Source of the DNA: Synechococcus sp.
GTDB lineage: Bacteria; Cyanobacteriota; Cyanobacteriia; PCC-6307; Cyanobiaceae
Reading direction: 5' to 3'
Assembly: GCA_047285535.1 (NCBI GenBank)
Contig: JBJBDC010000001.1
Span: 2,464,136-2,528,135 of the forward strand
DNA: 64,000 bases
In this document: positions 48,557-58,678 of the stretch, piece after piece
How the letters are laid out: every line of letters begins with the position of its first letter
Position numbering within the stretch: the stretch's first letter is position 1
Notes under the pieces: generated by a model
Told to the model about the DNA's origin: nothing
Databases searched by the model: none
The model's input: only the letters and a program-made list of their open reading frames with translations
Translations under genes and position numbers: made by a program

Positions 48557-50334
48557 GGCTTGGTGTTGAGTAGTTTTTTGAAGTAATTATCTTCTATCGA
48601 CAATTTCACATAACTCCCTTGTGCTTTGATTTTTCCTTTCCTTATTATGTATATTTTATCACAATGTTTTAAGGTCTCGATCCTGTGAGCAACAATGATG
48701 ATCGTCGGCTTGTGTTTCAATGAATTGATTGATTTTATTATATTTGCTTCTGTAATGTAATCAAGCGCACTCGTGGCTTCATCCAATATTAGCAAGCTTT
48801 TTTCTTTGTATAAAGCACGTGCAATACCGATTCTTTGTTTTTGACCCCCTGAAAGTTTACAACCTCGTTCTCCTACGGAAGTTCGAATACCGTCCTCTAA
48901 ATTTTCTATCATCATCTCCAAATCTGCCATCTCTATACATTTTTTCATTTGATGCCAATCGATCTCCTCAGCTGTTTTAGCCATTGCAATATTATCTGCT
49001 ACTGTTCCATCCACTAAAAAAATATTTTGAGGTACGTGTGAAACTTGGTTTCTCCATTTTTCCAACAACAAAGTATTTTTATTGATATTTTCTCCATCAA
49101 CCAGAACTTCACCAGCTTCAGGTTCTAGTAATCCCATCAATATATCAACAGCCGTGGATTTTCCGCCTCCAGTTTCGCCAACTATCCCAATTTTTTCACC
49201 ACGCTTCATTCCTATAGAAAATGAATCTAGGGTCTTGCTCAGGCTTGTTTGTTTATATCTAAATTCTACATCTTTTGTTTCTAGGGTCTTCCAGTTATCA
49301 TATGTATAGACGTCTTTGTCATTTGCTGATCTCTTGTGGTCAGGTTTTTCTCTTTTATCGCCTTCATTAGTTAATGAGAAAACAACATCAATGGATATCT
49401 TGCTTGACCTAAACGATGACCAGCAACTAAAGATTTGTTGAATATTTGGCAAAGCGATTTGATATGCAATAGCTAAAGCACCAATGGTTGGTACTCCTTC
49501 ACCTCCTTGAGGGTTGCCAGTATTTACTGATAGATAACCAATTGTTGCGAATGCAATGAACCCTAGCATTTCAATCAAATATCTTGGAGCTGTTTGTAAA
49601 AAACCTACCTTTATTCCTGCCATACGCATTTTATTCGCATTTTTCAAAAAGCTGTCAGTGTGCAATTCTTGCGAACCTTCTAAAATAATATCTCTAATTC
49701 CACCTAGGCTTTCTTGCTGTAACTTTATTTCTTTCCTTGCTGCCTCTACTACTCTACCTCCATATATTTTAAGCCTCTTCCTTATTAATAGTGTGAACGC
49801 TAGGTATGAAACTCCCACGATTGATAGTGCCATACCTGTTGCGTAAGTATTGACTATGAGTGCGGCATAAGTAGCGCCTACTATTGTTGTCGCCGAACTC
49901 ACTATTTGTATCATTGGAGCCATTACTCCTGACGTAAAGTTGTCAATCTGTCTTAGGTCTCCTATTTGATCTGCTGTATTTTTGTTTTTATGATTTATGT
50001 AGCTATCGTTTAGCATTATATTATATGCTTTTTTAAAAAGGTCTAGTGATATATTTGCGTTCACTTCTCCAGATTTCCAGCTCGACAGTAGTCTTAATGT
50101 TCCACTAAGTATGGCCAGGCCCCCTAATGTCAAGCATGCCATTAAAGCGGCGTTTCCTTGCTCTCCGGCTTGGGATAAATTCACTGTATGAATGACATTC
50201 TCGAGGAAAGGTTTTGTATTTGTTACCAATGCTGATTGTGCTATGGCTCCTCCGAGCATCAGCATTAGGACGACTAGCAATTCCGCATGACGTTTTCTCG
50301 GAAGTGAACCTATTATATTGCTAATTTTATTCAT
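48553..50334 (-). CDS. second ABC exporter (TMD+NBD), MsbA/PglK-like
   Basis: GETGGGKST, LSGGQKQR, LDEATSALD. Confidence 0.87.
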   Translation of the reverse strand: MNKISNIIGSLPRKRHAELLVVLMLMLGGAIAQSALVTNTKPFLENVIHTVNLSQAGEQGNAALMACLTLGGLAILSGTLRLLSSWKSGEVNANISLDLFKKAYNIMLNDSYINHKNKNTADQIGDLRQIDNFTSGVMAPMIQIVSSATTIVGATYAALIVNTYATGMALSIVGVSYLAFTLLIRKRLKIYGGRVVEAARKEIKLQQESLGGIRDIILEGSQELHTDSFLKNANKMRMAGIKVGFLQTAPRYLIEMLGFIAFATIGYLSVNTGNPQGGEGVPTIGALAIAYQIALPNIQQIFSCWSSFRSSKISIDVVFSLTNEGDKREKPDHKRSANDKDVYTYDNWKTLETKDVEFRYKQTSLSKTLDSFSIGMKRGEKIGIVGETGGGKSTAVDILMGLLEPEAGEVLVDGENINKNTLLLEKWRNQVSHVPQNIFLVDGTVADNIAMAKTAEEIDWHQMKKCIEMADLEMMIENLEDGIRTSVGERGCKLSGGQKQRIGIARALYKEKSLLILDEATSALDYITEANIIKSINSLKHKPTIIIVAHRIETLKHCDKIYIIRKGKIKAQGSYVKLSIEDNYFKKLLNTKP

Positions 50335-51301
50335 CTCTGATCCCCCTTCTTACTAATTGCATCTCAACTGCATTCTTTTCCGCCAATACTTGATCGTAAA
50401 TAATTTTCATTTCAGCGATTACGTTTGTTTTAAATATCTTGCCTGTAGCTTCACTGAATTTCTTTGTATTGATGCGCATATATCGTTCATCATTTCTTTC
50501 TTGTCGTATTTGAAGACTTTCTTCGCCATTGGCTATTTTCTTTATTTCTCTCACTAATGTGCTCATTTTCGTGCTTTGCTCTGATCCAATATTGTATGTT
50601 CCATCGAGTTGATTGCGTATAGACAACGTTATAGCCTCTGCAACTTGTTCAAAACTTATGAAGTTAATCAATGAATTTGCGGTATTAAAGATTTTAACTT
50701 GCGATGAAGTTGTCGCTTCGTGACACCATTGATTAATCACCCCTTGCCCTGTGATATTTTTCACATAACCATATGCGGTTGTTACTCTCAGTATGCATAA
50801 TTTGATCTCGTGATTTCTCTTCATCTGTTTTAGCTCTATTTCAAATTTTGCCTTCTGTTTTCCGTATTCGCTTTTTGGTTCTATAGCATCATTCTCTCCC
50901 CACTCTTTCTCTGCATTACTGGCATATAATCCTCCTGAACTTGATATCATTACTACACCTTTTGGACTCAATTTCTCTATGATAGAGATTGAATTGTTTA
51001 TTATGTTGATATTTTGATTGTAGGTGTGTGCATTGTCTTTGGAGGTTCGTGGAGTCCCGGACCATGTGAAGATTATTACATAATAGTCTTCTTGATTCAT
51101 ATATGCTCTCACTTGTTGACATAGTCTTTGAATGTTTGTTTCGCTTTGCGCTTTCCCCAGTTCGAAGTATATCTCTTTATTATTGTCGCTCCTACCGTTA
51201 GGTTGTCTTTGGCGGCTGATCCCCAGATAGTCCGGCCTTTCTAATTTCTTGATATACTCCTTCGCTAGATTTGAGTTTGAGCCAATGATCAAATTTTTCA
51301 T
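50327..51301 (-). CDS. extended-SDR NAD-dependent epimerase/dehydratase-like protein
   Basis: ISSSGGLY, YGKQK, LRVTTAYG, YNIGS; Rossmann glycine motif degenerate. Confidence 0.72.
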   Translation of the reverse strand: MKNLIIGSNSNLAKEYIKKLERPDYLGISRQRQPNGRSDNNKEIYFELGKAQSETNIQRLCQQVRAYMNQEDYYVIIFTWSGTPRTSKDNAHTYNQNINIINNSISIIEKLSPKGVVMISSSGGLYASNAEKEWGENDAIEPKSEYGKQKAKFEIELKQMKRNHEIKLCILRVTTAYGYVKNITGQGVINQWCHEATTSSQVKIFNTANSLINFISFEQVAEAITLSIRNQLDGTYNIGSEQSTKMSTLVREIKKIANGEESLQIRQERNDERYMRINTKKFSEATGKIFKTNVIAEMKIIYDQVLAEKNAVEMQLVRRGIRDE

Positions 51302-52560
51302 TTGAACATTCCTTTGTAGATTTTGATATATTTATTGCAGGTGTTTTCTTTCCCATATTTTTCTCTTGCAATCCTCGATATATCATGGCTTTTTTCTTCA
51401 AACTTGCCCTCAAGAATCAACTCCATACAATCTTCTAATCCTATGAGACCTTGTCTAAATAGGAGTCCATTACTTACTATGTCAATCATTTCTGCTGCAC
51501 CTGTTCCCATTCTGGCTATCGCGGGTATGCCGCAGCAGTGAGCTTCAGCGATTACATTTGGACTATTGTCATATTCTGATGGGCATAAAACACAGTCGGA
51601 AGCATTGTAGGCAATGACTTGTGATAATTCATCATTATAGTATCCTAATTCTTTGAACCTTACATTCATTGTTTTTAATGTTCTCCGGTCTTCATCGTTC
51701 ATGCTCCCTAGAATTTGCAAGCATATTTGTTTTCGTGTTGATGTGCTCTTTTGTCTGATTGCATCCAGGATTAGATGGAATCCTTTTCGTGTATCTGCTG
51801 TATTTCCAATGAAGTAAAAGACCTTTTCTTTTTTGCTTAGATGGTCCCATCCTATGGCTGTTCTGCATTGGCCTTTACTTTCAATAAACTTATAGTGCTG
51901 TGGTATATAGTTGCTGATTTTATGTATTTTCTCTTGCTCTATTCCCCGTTCTATTGCCCGTCTCATCATCCATGATGATGTTACGACTACCAGGGTCTTT
52001 GAGTTGTTAATTAGTTTTGTTTTTTCTTTGTATTGCTTTTCAATTAATTTGTGCGCCCGACTGGCAACATGTGAGCAGCGTATGCACCCAGTTTTGTACT
52101 TGTCGCAATCATTGCTATAAACGCATCCACCTGTTAGGAACCACATGTCGTGAAGGGTGATTACAGTCGGCTTTTTCAACCTTGAAATTCCCTTTATTCG
52201 TCCAAGTGTTTGATACCAGAATAAATTAATGAGATCGAATTTTTCCAGAGTCTTCTTGGTGTTTACAGAGTGTCCCTCATTACAGAATTCGTAGTTATGG
52301 TCTGGTTTCACGTATCTTTCCCACCATCCTTTTGCTTTTATATCGAACGTTTCATACAATAATTTATCTGGACTTTTCTTTTTGTTTTGAAACCAGTAAC
52401 TAGGCTCGGCTAATTGATACCCCTCTTCGCATCTACCCCTGCAGACAAGATCTATATTCCATTTGTCATCTTTGGCCTCTGTTAAGCCCTTGGCAAGTCT
52501 TCTAACGGCGCGCGCCGCTCCGCCCCGCCCATTGTCTGCTGTTATGAGTCCTACGTTCAT
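51298..52560 (-). CDS. GT4 glycosyltransferase (WcaC-like)
   Basis: GGAARA, TLHDMWFLTGGC, RKG, DNSPNVIAEA. Confidence 0.86.
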   Translation of the reverse strand: MNVGLITADNGRGGAARAVRRLAKGLTEAKDDKWNIDLVCRGRCEEGYQLAEPSYWFQNKKKSPDKLLYETFDIKAKGWWERYVKPDHNYEFCNEGHSVNTKKTLEKFDLINLFWYQTLGRIKGISRLKKPTVITLHDMWFLTGGCVYSNDCDKYKTGCIRCSHVASRAHKLIEKQYKEKTKLINNSKTLVVVTSSWMMRRAIERGIEQEKIHKISNYIPQHYKFIESKGQCRTAIGWDHLSKKEKVFYFIGNTADTRKGFHLILDAIRQKSTSTRKQICLQILGSMNDEDRRTLKTMNVRFKELGYYNDELSQVIAYNASDCVLCPSEYDNSPNVIAEAHCCGIPAIARMGTGAAEMIDIVSNGLLFRQGLIGLEDCMELILEGKFEEKSHDISRIAREKYGKENTCNKYIKIYKGMFK

Positions 52561-52663
52561 ATCAAAACTTTGCCTTTGTCCATCTTAGGAGACTGACAAT
52601 ATAGGTTTTTACCAGTCCTCAATAGATTTTTGTGATTTTGCATTGCTATCTCCTTGTTTGGCG

Positions 52664-53641
52664 CTATTTCATTTGATCCTTATTGAATCTTTGCTTGAAG
52701 CGTGACGGTAAAAACTTCAGCATGCTGATGCTTGTTTCAATTAATCCCGCACTTCTTTGAATGGCTCTCATTCGCGTGATCATATCTTGGGATTGTCCAT
52801 TGAGGCTTGCTTTTATTGTATTCCAGAGTTGGAATTGCATGATATGAGCAGCCCACTGCTGTCTTCTTGGTTCTTGGGAGAGCATTGGATGATTTTTCAA
52901 TAGGCCAACTACTTCAGCTACTTCAAGGATTTCGTGGCCGGACTTTCGATTTTTGTTTGACAGCTGTTCATCGTGGGTACGAATCTCAGCGATTGACTCC
53001 CTGTTCAACACTACAGGCCCCTCTTCGGCAGCCCGTAGTAGCCATTCCCAGTCAGCTGCATGGCGCCATTCCTCTCGGAACGGACCGGCCGCCTGCCATA
53101 GGGTGCGTGAGAAGGCCATTCCGGTGAGATTACCGTTGAGGCTGCCTAATTGCAGTAATGCTTGGATTAATCGACTTGGTTGAATCAATGTCGTGGAGTG
53201 GCTTACTTGGTTGTGGTGCCAGTCGCTGTCCTTTGGCCTTGGGGATCCATCTGCATTAAAGGAATCGAACGTAGAGAGGATTAACGCAGCTTCCGGCCAG
53301 CGTCTTCGACGGTCCAGCACTGTTGAGATGGCCTGAGCGTGAAGACGATCGTCACTGCAAAGTAACAGTGCCCACTCGGTTTCTATTTCGAGTAGTGCTT
53401 GATTGAGGTTGGCGAATAGGCCCATATTGTTTGGCCTTCGTACCCATTTCATGCGTCCTTTGTCGTTGGTCTCCATCCATTGTTGAAGTATGGATTGTGT
53501 GTCTTGATCTGAGCCGTCATCAGCAATCAGCAGGTTCCACCTCTCATTGTCCTGTCTCACCACGCTGTTTAAGGCCTCGGTGAGTAGGTCTGGGCGTCCA
53601 TACACTGGCAACACGATAGTGATTGCTTCTTGTTCGGTCAT
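52664..53641 (-). CDS. GT2 glycosyltransferase
   Basis: VLPVY, ADDGS, GLFANLN, CSDD, ADWEW. Confidence 0.88.
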   Translation of the reverse strand: MTEQEAITIVLPVYGRPDLLTEALNSVVRQDNERWNLLIADDGSDQDTQSILQQWMETNDKGRMKWVRRPNNMGLFANLNQALLEIETEWALLLCSDDRLHAQAISTVLDRRRRWPEAALILSTFDSFNADGSPRPKDSDWHHNQVSHSTTLIQPSRLIQALLQLGSLNGNLTGMAFSRTLWQAAGPFREEWRHAADWEWLLRAAEEGPVVLNRESIAEIRTHDEQLSNKNRKSGHEILEVAEVVGLLKNHPMLSQEPRRQQWAAHIMQFQLWNTIKASLNGQSQDMITRMRAIQRSAGLIETSISMLKFLPSRFKQRFNKDQMK

Positions 53642-54840
53642 GCTGAATGCAGGAGGCGTTTGTAATTTTCGATAGAGCGGGTTCCATAGGCGCCCCAGCT
53701 CAATTCGCTGCTTGCTAGCAACAATGCAGCGTCTCGCATTTGTTCCCAGAGCATGTGGGAATGATGCAGCCGTTGCAGGCAGCGAGTGATTGCTTTTGGG
53801 CTGTGAATTGGAACGACAAACCCTGCTGGAAACTGTTGAATTCCGTGATTGTCTTCCTGTGCATATGCGCCTTGAAGCCGCAGCAGGTCTTCACCTCCGG
53901 TGTTTGTTGTACAAATCAATGGCAGGCCGCAGGCTAGAGCCTGCATCTGAACCATGGCCATCCCCTCTTCAACAGAGGCGATGACAAAGCAGTGGGCCCT
54001 TTGGTAATACTCCACTAGTTCTGCTTGAGGGCGATGACCTAGGCGGATGATGCATCTCGGCTGTCGTTTTAGAAGTGCCGTAAGTTCCGGCGTTTCACCA
54101 CCTATCAAGGTGAGGCTGGCGTCTGAAAGATTTGCGCCATTAAAGCCTTCCAGCAGGTCAGGGATGCCTTTTCTCACCGAAAGTGATCCGGCATAAATTG
54201 CTTTCAGGCCGTCTTGTTTTGGAGGTGCTGGTGGTTTTGCTGATGGTTTGAACATCTTCAAACTGACGCCAAGAGCATTGCGCTGGAGTCTCCCAGATTC
54301 GAATCCCTGGCGGCGGAAGCTACGTTCCACGAAAAGACTGGGCACGGCAATTGATGTGCACAGTTCGTATTCGCGAAGTTCCATGCCTTCGATCCGTTGA
54401 TGGGTTGGAGTCCATGGCAAGCCCAGCCGAGCATGCTCCTCTTTTAACAGGCGACTCTGTTCAAGGATGTGGGCGGAGGAGCGCTCCAGCACGGTGGGGA
54501 TCTGCTTTTGCTTGGCCCAGAGCAGGCTGGGTTCACTCCATTGAGACCAGCCGTGGATCAAATCACTTCCTTCCAGATACTTGCAGGCGCGCTGAGCGAA
54601 ATGGCTGTGCACCCACCACTGGCTGCGCATCATCAGAGACTCACCTCCTAGCCTATAAATTGCCTTAACGAGCCAAAAGGTCAAAGGCAAGCTCACGACC
54701 TTTTGTGCGGGGATGCCCCAGCGGGTCACGAACCAGCGTGGATAATTAGTGATCACTCGGTGAAGATGACCATGCGCGTTCAGCTGCTGGGCTAAATCAA
54801 AGGCATGCCAACGGCCACCAACCACAATGGTGATCTTCAT
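53638..54840 (-). CDS. GT4 glycosyltransferase
   Basis: Start taken at MKITIVVGGRWH; RKG, EEGMAMVQMQALACG. Confidence 0.87.
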   Translation of the reverse strand: MKITIVVGGRWHAFDLAQQLNAHGHLHRVITNYPRWFVTRWGIPAQKVVSLPLTFWLVKAIYRLGGESLMMRSQWWVHSHFAQRACKYLEGSDLIHGWSQWSEPSLLWAKQKQIPTVLERSSAHILEQSRLLKEEHARLGLPWTPTHQRIEGMELREYELCTSIAVPSLFVERSFRRQGFESGRLQRNALGVSLKMFKPSAKPPAPPKQDGLKAIYAGSLSVRKGIPDLLEGFNGANLSDASLTLIGGETPELTALLKRQPRCIIRLGHRPQAELVEYYQRAHCFVIASVEEGMAMVQMQALACGLPLICTTNTGGEDLLRLQGAYAQEDNHGIQQFPAGFVVPIHSPKAITRCLQRLHHSHMLWEQMRDAALLLASSELSWGAYGTRSIENYKRLLHSA

Positions 54841-55589
54841 CGCTTGTTGAGCAGTGTCATTCTCAGACCACTTGAGCATGGGCTGCACCTCGGTAGTGCC
54901 TAGACGTAGGACGATGCTGCACATCGCAAACAGTCATGTTTTGTATGGAGTTCAAATAGCTCTGGGCAGCATTCAGTTGATTGCGTTTACCGACCACCAC
55001 AACCAAGGCCTCGTTCTGGTCCAACGGCTCTGCCATTAATCCTGGACGTTCGATTTCTCAAGTCCTGCGGATTTGCTTGTTGGTTGTCTTGGTCAGTTCA
55101 TCACAGTTGTTAATGCTTATCTCCCAATGGTTTTGGGGCTGTCTTTCGCGCTTGGCATGCGGGAATCGCTAGCCAATCTAGTCGACCATTTGACCACCAT
55201 CAAGTTGAAGCGCACCATTCGATCGTTTGTCGACCATGTCATGATGCAATGGACGCGAGACAATCGACTTCGGTGAATTTTTCTTTGGCATTGACTTGCT
55301 CATGCTCTTATTATGCCAAATCTGGAATTGCAAGTTTGACCTTGATGGCATGTTGCTCTGACTCATCCAGGCTCTCCTTCGTCGGAGATAACAAGACTGA
55401 AGCGTTGGCTTTCTGATTGGGTGATTTGGAGATGAAGTTGTTGCCGCGATTGTGAAGAGACCCAGGAGTCATAACCTCTACCTTTACGTTCAACTTTGAT
55501 ATTCTTGTCTACGATCGATATTGCGCAAGACTAAACATAGTCTCGGTTGCGTAACCATTTAGAATTTTATTGCTTTTAGGACCTGTTTC

Positions 55590-56465
55590 ATGATATTTCT
55601 CTTTCCCAATGGACAACTCGGAAATCAGTTACTACTTCTTGTTGCTACTTCTTCATTTGCCAGGAAAAATGAACATGTGTTTCTCATTAATTTCAATGCT
55701 TCTTTGGGATTTTTCGCCAATCATCCCAATTTTCATTACATTGGTTGTGGCGCCAATTATTCTATTTTAAAACGTTTGCTTGCTCGCTTGATCATTTTTC
55801 TCTATCATTCCTCAGTCTGCTCTAAATTTTTTATTTCCCGAATCACGGAGAATGATAGTGGTGGTATTTCTTCCTCTCTCCCTACACTAAAGCCACCCTT
55901 GATAACGGCAGTATCAGATTGCTATTTTCAGAATGAATGCTTTCTGCAAGTTCCAAGACAGTCAGTCTTTTCCATATCGCCTTCCTTTCTTTCTCTGGCA
56001 CAAGAGTGGTTGAAAATGAGGCATATTCTTGACAACTTTAAAATATTTGTACACCTACGCAGAGGAGATTATCTTTCTTGGACTCCATTTGACAATGGAG
56101 ATATTTGTATTCTACCTGACTCCTACTATTTAAGTTCTCTTCAAGCATTGCTGCGAATGACGCCAGATGCGGTGATTGTGGTTTCCTCCGATGATTCTGA
56201 ATATGCACACGATCTATTCTCCTCCCATGCGAGAACATATTTTGTTGACGAATCTCCACTCTTGTCCCTTTCTATTCTGGCAATGTGTGACTCTGGTGTT
56301 TTATCACCTAGTAGCTTTTCTTTCATGGCTGCTTACTTATCCAGCTCATTATCTTTTTCTCATAGTAATACTTATCTGGCTCCTAGGTTTTGGCTTGGTC
56401 ATTCAATATCCTCTTGGTATCCTCCCCTTTTCCGTGCTAAGTTTATTCAGTATATTGACGCTTAA
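55590..56465 (+). CDS. GT11 alpha-1,2-fucosyltransferase-like protein
   Basis: GQLGNQ, YFQ, HLRRGDY, SDD, SSFSFMAAYL. Confidence 0.85.
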   Translation: MIFLFPNGQLGNQLLLLVATSSFARKNEHVFLINFNASLGFFANHPNFHYIGCGANYSILKRLLARLIIFLYHSSVCSKFFISRITENDSGGISSSLPTLKPPLITAVSDCYFQNECFLQVPRQSVFSISPSFLSLAQEWLKMRHILDNFKIFVHLRRGDYLSWTPFDNGDICILPDSYYLSSLQALLRMTPDAVIVVSSDDSEYAHDLFSSHARTYFVDESPLLSLSILAMCDSGVLSPSSFSFMAAYLSSSLSFSHSNTYLAPRFWLGHSISSWYPPLFRAKFIQYIDA

Positions 56466-57736
56466 TGTCTAATCTTCTTGCGGGCTTACCTCCACTCAAA
56501 AACTCATCTTTTGTTTATGCGCTAACCTTTGTTATAGGTTTTTTTGCTGCTATTGGTTCTTTATGGGATGTTTTTGGATGGGCCAATTTAGCGGTTCTGG
56601 CTCTTTATCTCTTGCCTGCATTGGTTTTTTTTAATTTTATTCGCCCAGACTTTGTCCCTTGTGATTGGAAATCATACGGTATATATTTGTTTTTACCTGT
56701 TTCTATTCTGGTTTTAAATATATTTCAGGCAATATGGATTCACCCTGCTTTTCCTGGATATCCAGAAGGTTTAACGAACCAGGAATGGATCCGTTTCTCA
56801 TCATATTTTCTTTGTTTTTTGTCTATACCTCTTCTCTGTGCGAGGCAATGTAGGATCTTTTGGTTAGGTTTTTCCTTGGGACTAGCTTCTTATGGATTGG
56901 GCACAATCATATTGACTTTCTTCTCCGATAATTCATTTAAATTCCCATTTGACATGCATTTTGGAGGACCCTGGGGAACTCCATCAAATCCAACCCCCCC
57001 TGGTATTGCAATCGTCGTATTTGTTTTAGTCATCAGCTATTTATTGCTTTCATCATCCTTATCTAAATGGTTTAAGCTACACTCTTTCTTGATAATCTAT
57101 ATCCCTTCAGTTTTTTCTCTTTTTCTCTTGGATAAGCGTTCCTCTTTGGCTTTTGTTTTATTATCTACTGTACTTTACAGTTCACAGCTTCTTAGATTAT
57201 TTGATTTTGATTTACGGACTTTTTTAAGTAAAAGAAATGCTGCTTTAAAGTTTGCTTCAATTGCTGCAGCCTCATTTGTGTTGTATCTTGTGATTACGTC
57301 TCGTCTTTTTACTAATATTTTCATCACTATATCTCAGGGGCCTGCTGTTTCAGACCCTGATCGCTGGTTTCGGTATTCTTATGGATTTAAGATGCTTGAA
57401 AAATCTTTATTCTCAGGTAATAATCATTTATTTGTGATGCCATATGAACTTGAGTCCTTCAACGTTCATTGGCATAATGGCTTTCTTGATAGTTATCGTA
57501 TTGGAGATCTGTTAGGATTTGTATGTTTCCTTGTTTGGATTTTATTTTTAGTCTTCCAACTATTTAAATTGCAAAATCATTCATTTCTTAGATTATCTTC
57601 TTTATTTTGCCTTCTCATACTCATGGTTGAGCCAACCCTTCACCGAACATGGATTGATGGTTTGAGCATTCAATTTCTTTCTGTGTTTATATGTTATCCA
57701 AGAAAGATTCTACAACTCAAAAATTCTACATCTTAA
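56465..57736 (+). CDS. Wzy_C-like polysaccharide polymerase/ligase membrane protein
   Basis: About 11 TM segments; LDKRSS and HWHNGFLD in positions typical of this family. Confidence 0.6.
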   Translation: MSNLLAGLPPLKNSSFVYALTFVIGFFAAIGSLWDVFGWANLAVLALYLLPALVFFNFIRPDFVPCDWKSYGIYLFLPVSILVLNIFQAIWIHPAFPGYPEGLTNQEWIRFSSYFLCFLSIPLLCARQCRIFWLGFSLGLASYGLGTIILTFFSDNSFKFPFDMHFGGPWGTPSNPTPPGIAIVVFVLVISYLLLSSSLSKWFKLHSFLIIYIPSVFSLFLLDKRSSLAFVLLSTVLYSSQLLRLFDFDLRTFLSKRNAALKFASIAAASFVLYLVITSRLFTNIFITISQGPAVSDPDRWFRYSYGFKMLEKSLFSGNNHLFVMPYELESFNVHWHNGFLDSYRIGDLLGFVCFLVWILFLVFQLFKLQNHSFLRLSSLFCLLILMVEPTLHRTWIDGLSIQFLSVFICYPRKILQLKNSTS

Positions 57737-57763
57737 CATTGCATTTAGATCATTGACTACTGA

Positions 57764-58678
57764 TCACCATGGCAATATGTATTTTAACTTCTTTTTAATC
57801 CTAGTTAAAAAAGATTCAGTAGCTGAAATACCCTGTACTTTTTCTAAAATCTGCAGGTTTGCTGCTTTGTTTGTTGTTATTGTTGGCGCTTCTATTATAG
57901 TTTCTAGGGGACTTGCCGTGATGTTGCTTCTTTCCGAGCTTGTAGTTGTATGAGTCGCATTTTCACCAAAGCCGACATTTTTGATCATATTTACTCTTGG
58001 GATGATGCACAATCCCTTTTTAATTTTCATCGATGCCGAGAGTTGATAATCCCATGTATCTATTTCTCCTCTTAAGCATTTATCATAATCATCTGCTAAT
58101 TGTTGGTACTGATCATTGTTTATAAATATCTTTTTTGCTTCTTGCTTCCCTCGAATATTTTTCCATCCCTTCATATCCCTATCATATTTTTGCCAGGTTC
58201 TTTTCCAAGTTGCCCAGCCCCAAATGATTGGGTCTTCGATAAACGTGTATGAATAATGTCCATCAAATTGAATATTGGCTGAATTATCACCTGAGATCAT
58301 CCATACACGATCTTCATGATTATATTTTTCTAAAAGCTGTTGAGCAAATTTAAAGAAACTTGGATTTGGTATACAATCATCTTCTAGAATAATCCCCCGT
58401 TGTTCATACGCAAAGAACCAGTCCAGTGCTCTTATCACTCCGTTTTTACACCCCAGATTATCTTCCATGAAATTTGTATGGATCTTACAATTCCATGTGA
58501 TGCCATTCATAAGCTTACTACGAACCATAGCACATAAGTGCTCTTCTCCATTTACACTTTCCCTTGGACCATCAGCGCTTATGTAAATATTTTTTGGCCT
58601 CACTAATGCCAGTACATCAAGCATTTCATCGGTATATTCTGGTCTATTAAAGACTATTAGTAAGACAGCGGTATTCAT
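57764..58678 (-). CDS. GT-A nucleotide-diphospho-sugar transferase (HlpA-like)
   Basis: FNRP, ADGPR, NLGC, ILEDDC, WGWATW, TWDYQ. Confidence 0.8.
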   Translation of the reverse strand: MNTAVLLIVFNRPEYTDEMLDVLALVRPKNIYISADGPRESVNGEEHLCAMVRSKLMNGITWNCKIHTNFMEDNLGCKNGVIRALDWFFAYEQRGIILEDDCIPNPSFFKFAQQLLEKYNHEDRVWMISGDNSANIQFDGHYSYTFIEDPIIWGWATWKRTWQKYDRDMKGWKNIRGKQEAKKIFINNDQYQQLADDYDKCLRGEIDTWDYQLSASMKIKKGLCIIPRVNMIKNVGFGENATHTTTSSERSNITASPLETIIEAPTITTNKAANLQILEKVQGISATESFLTRIKKKLKYILPW

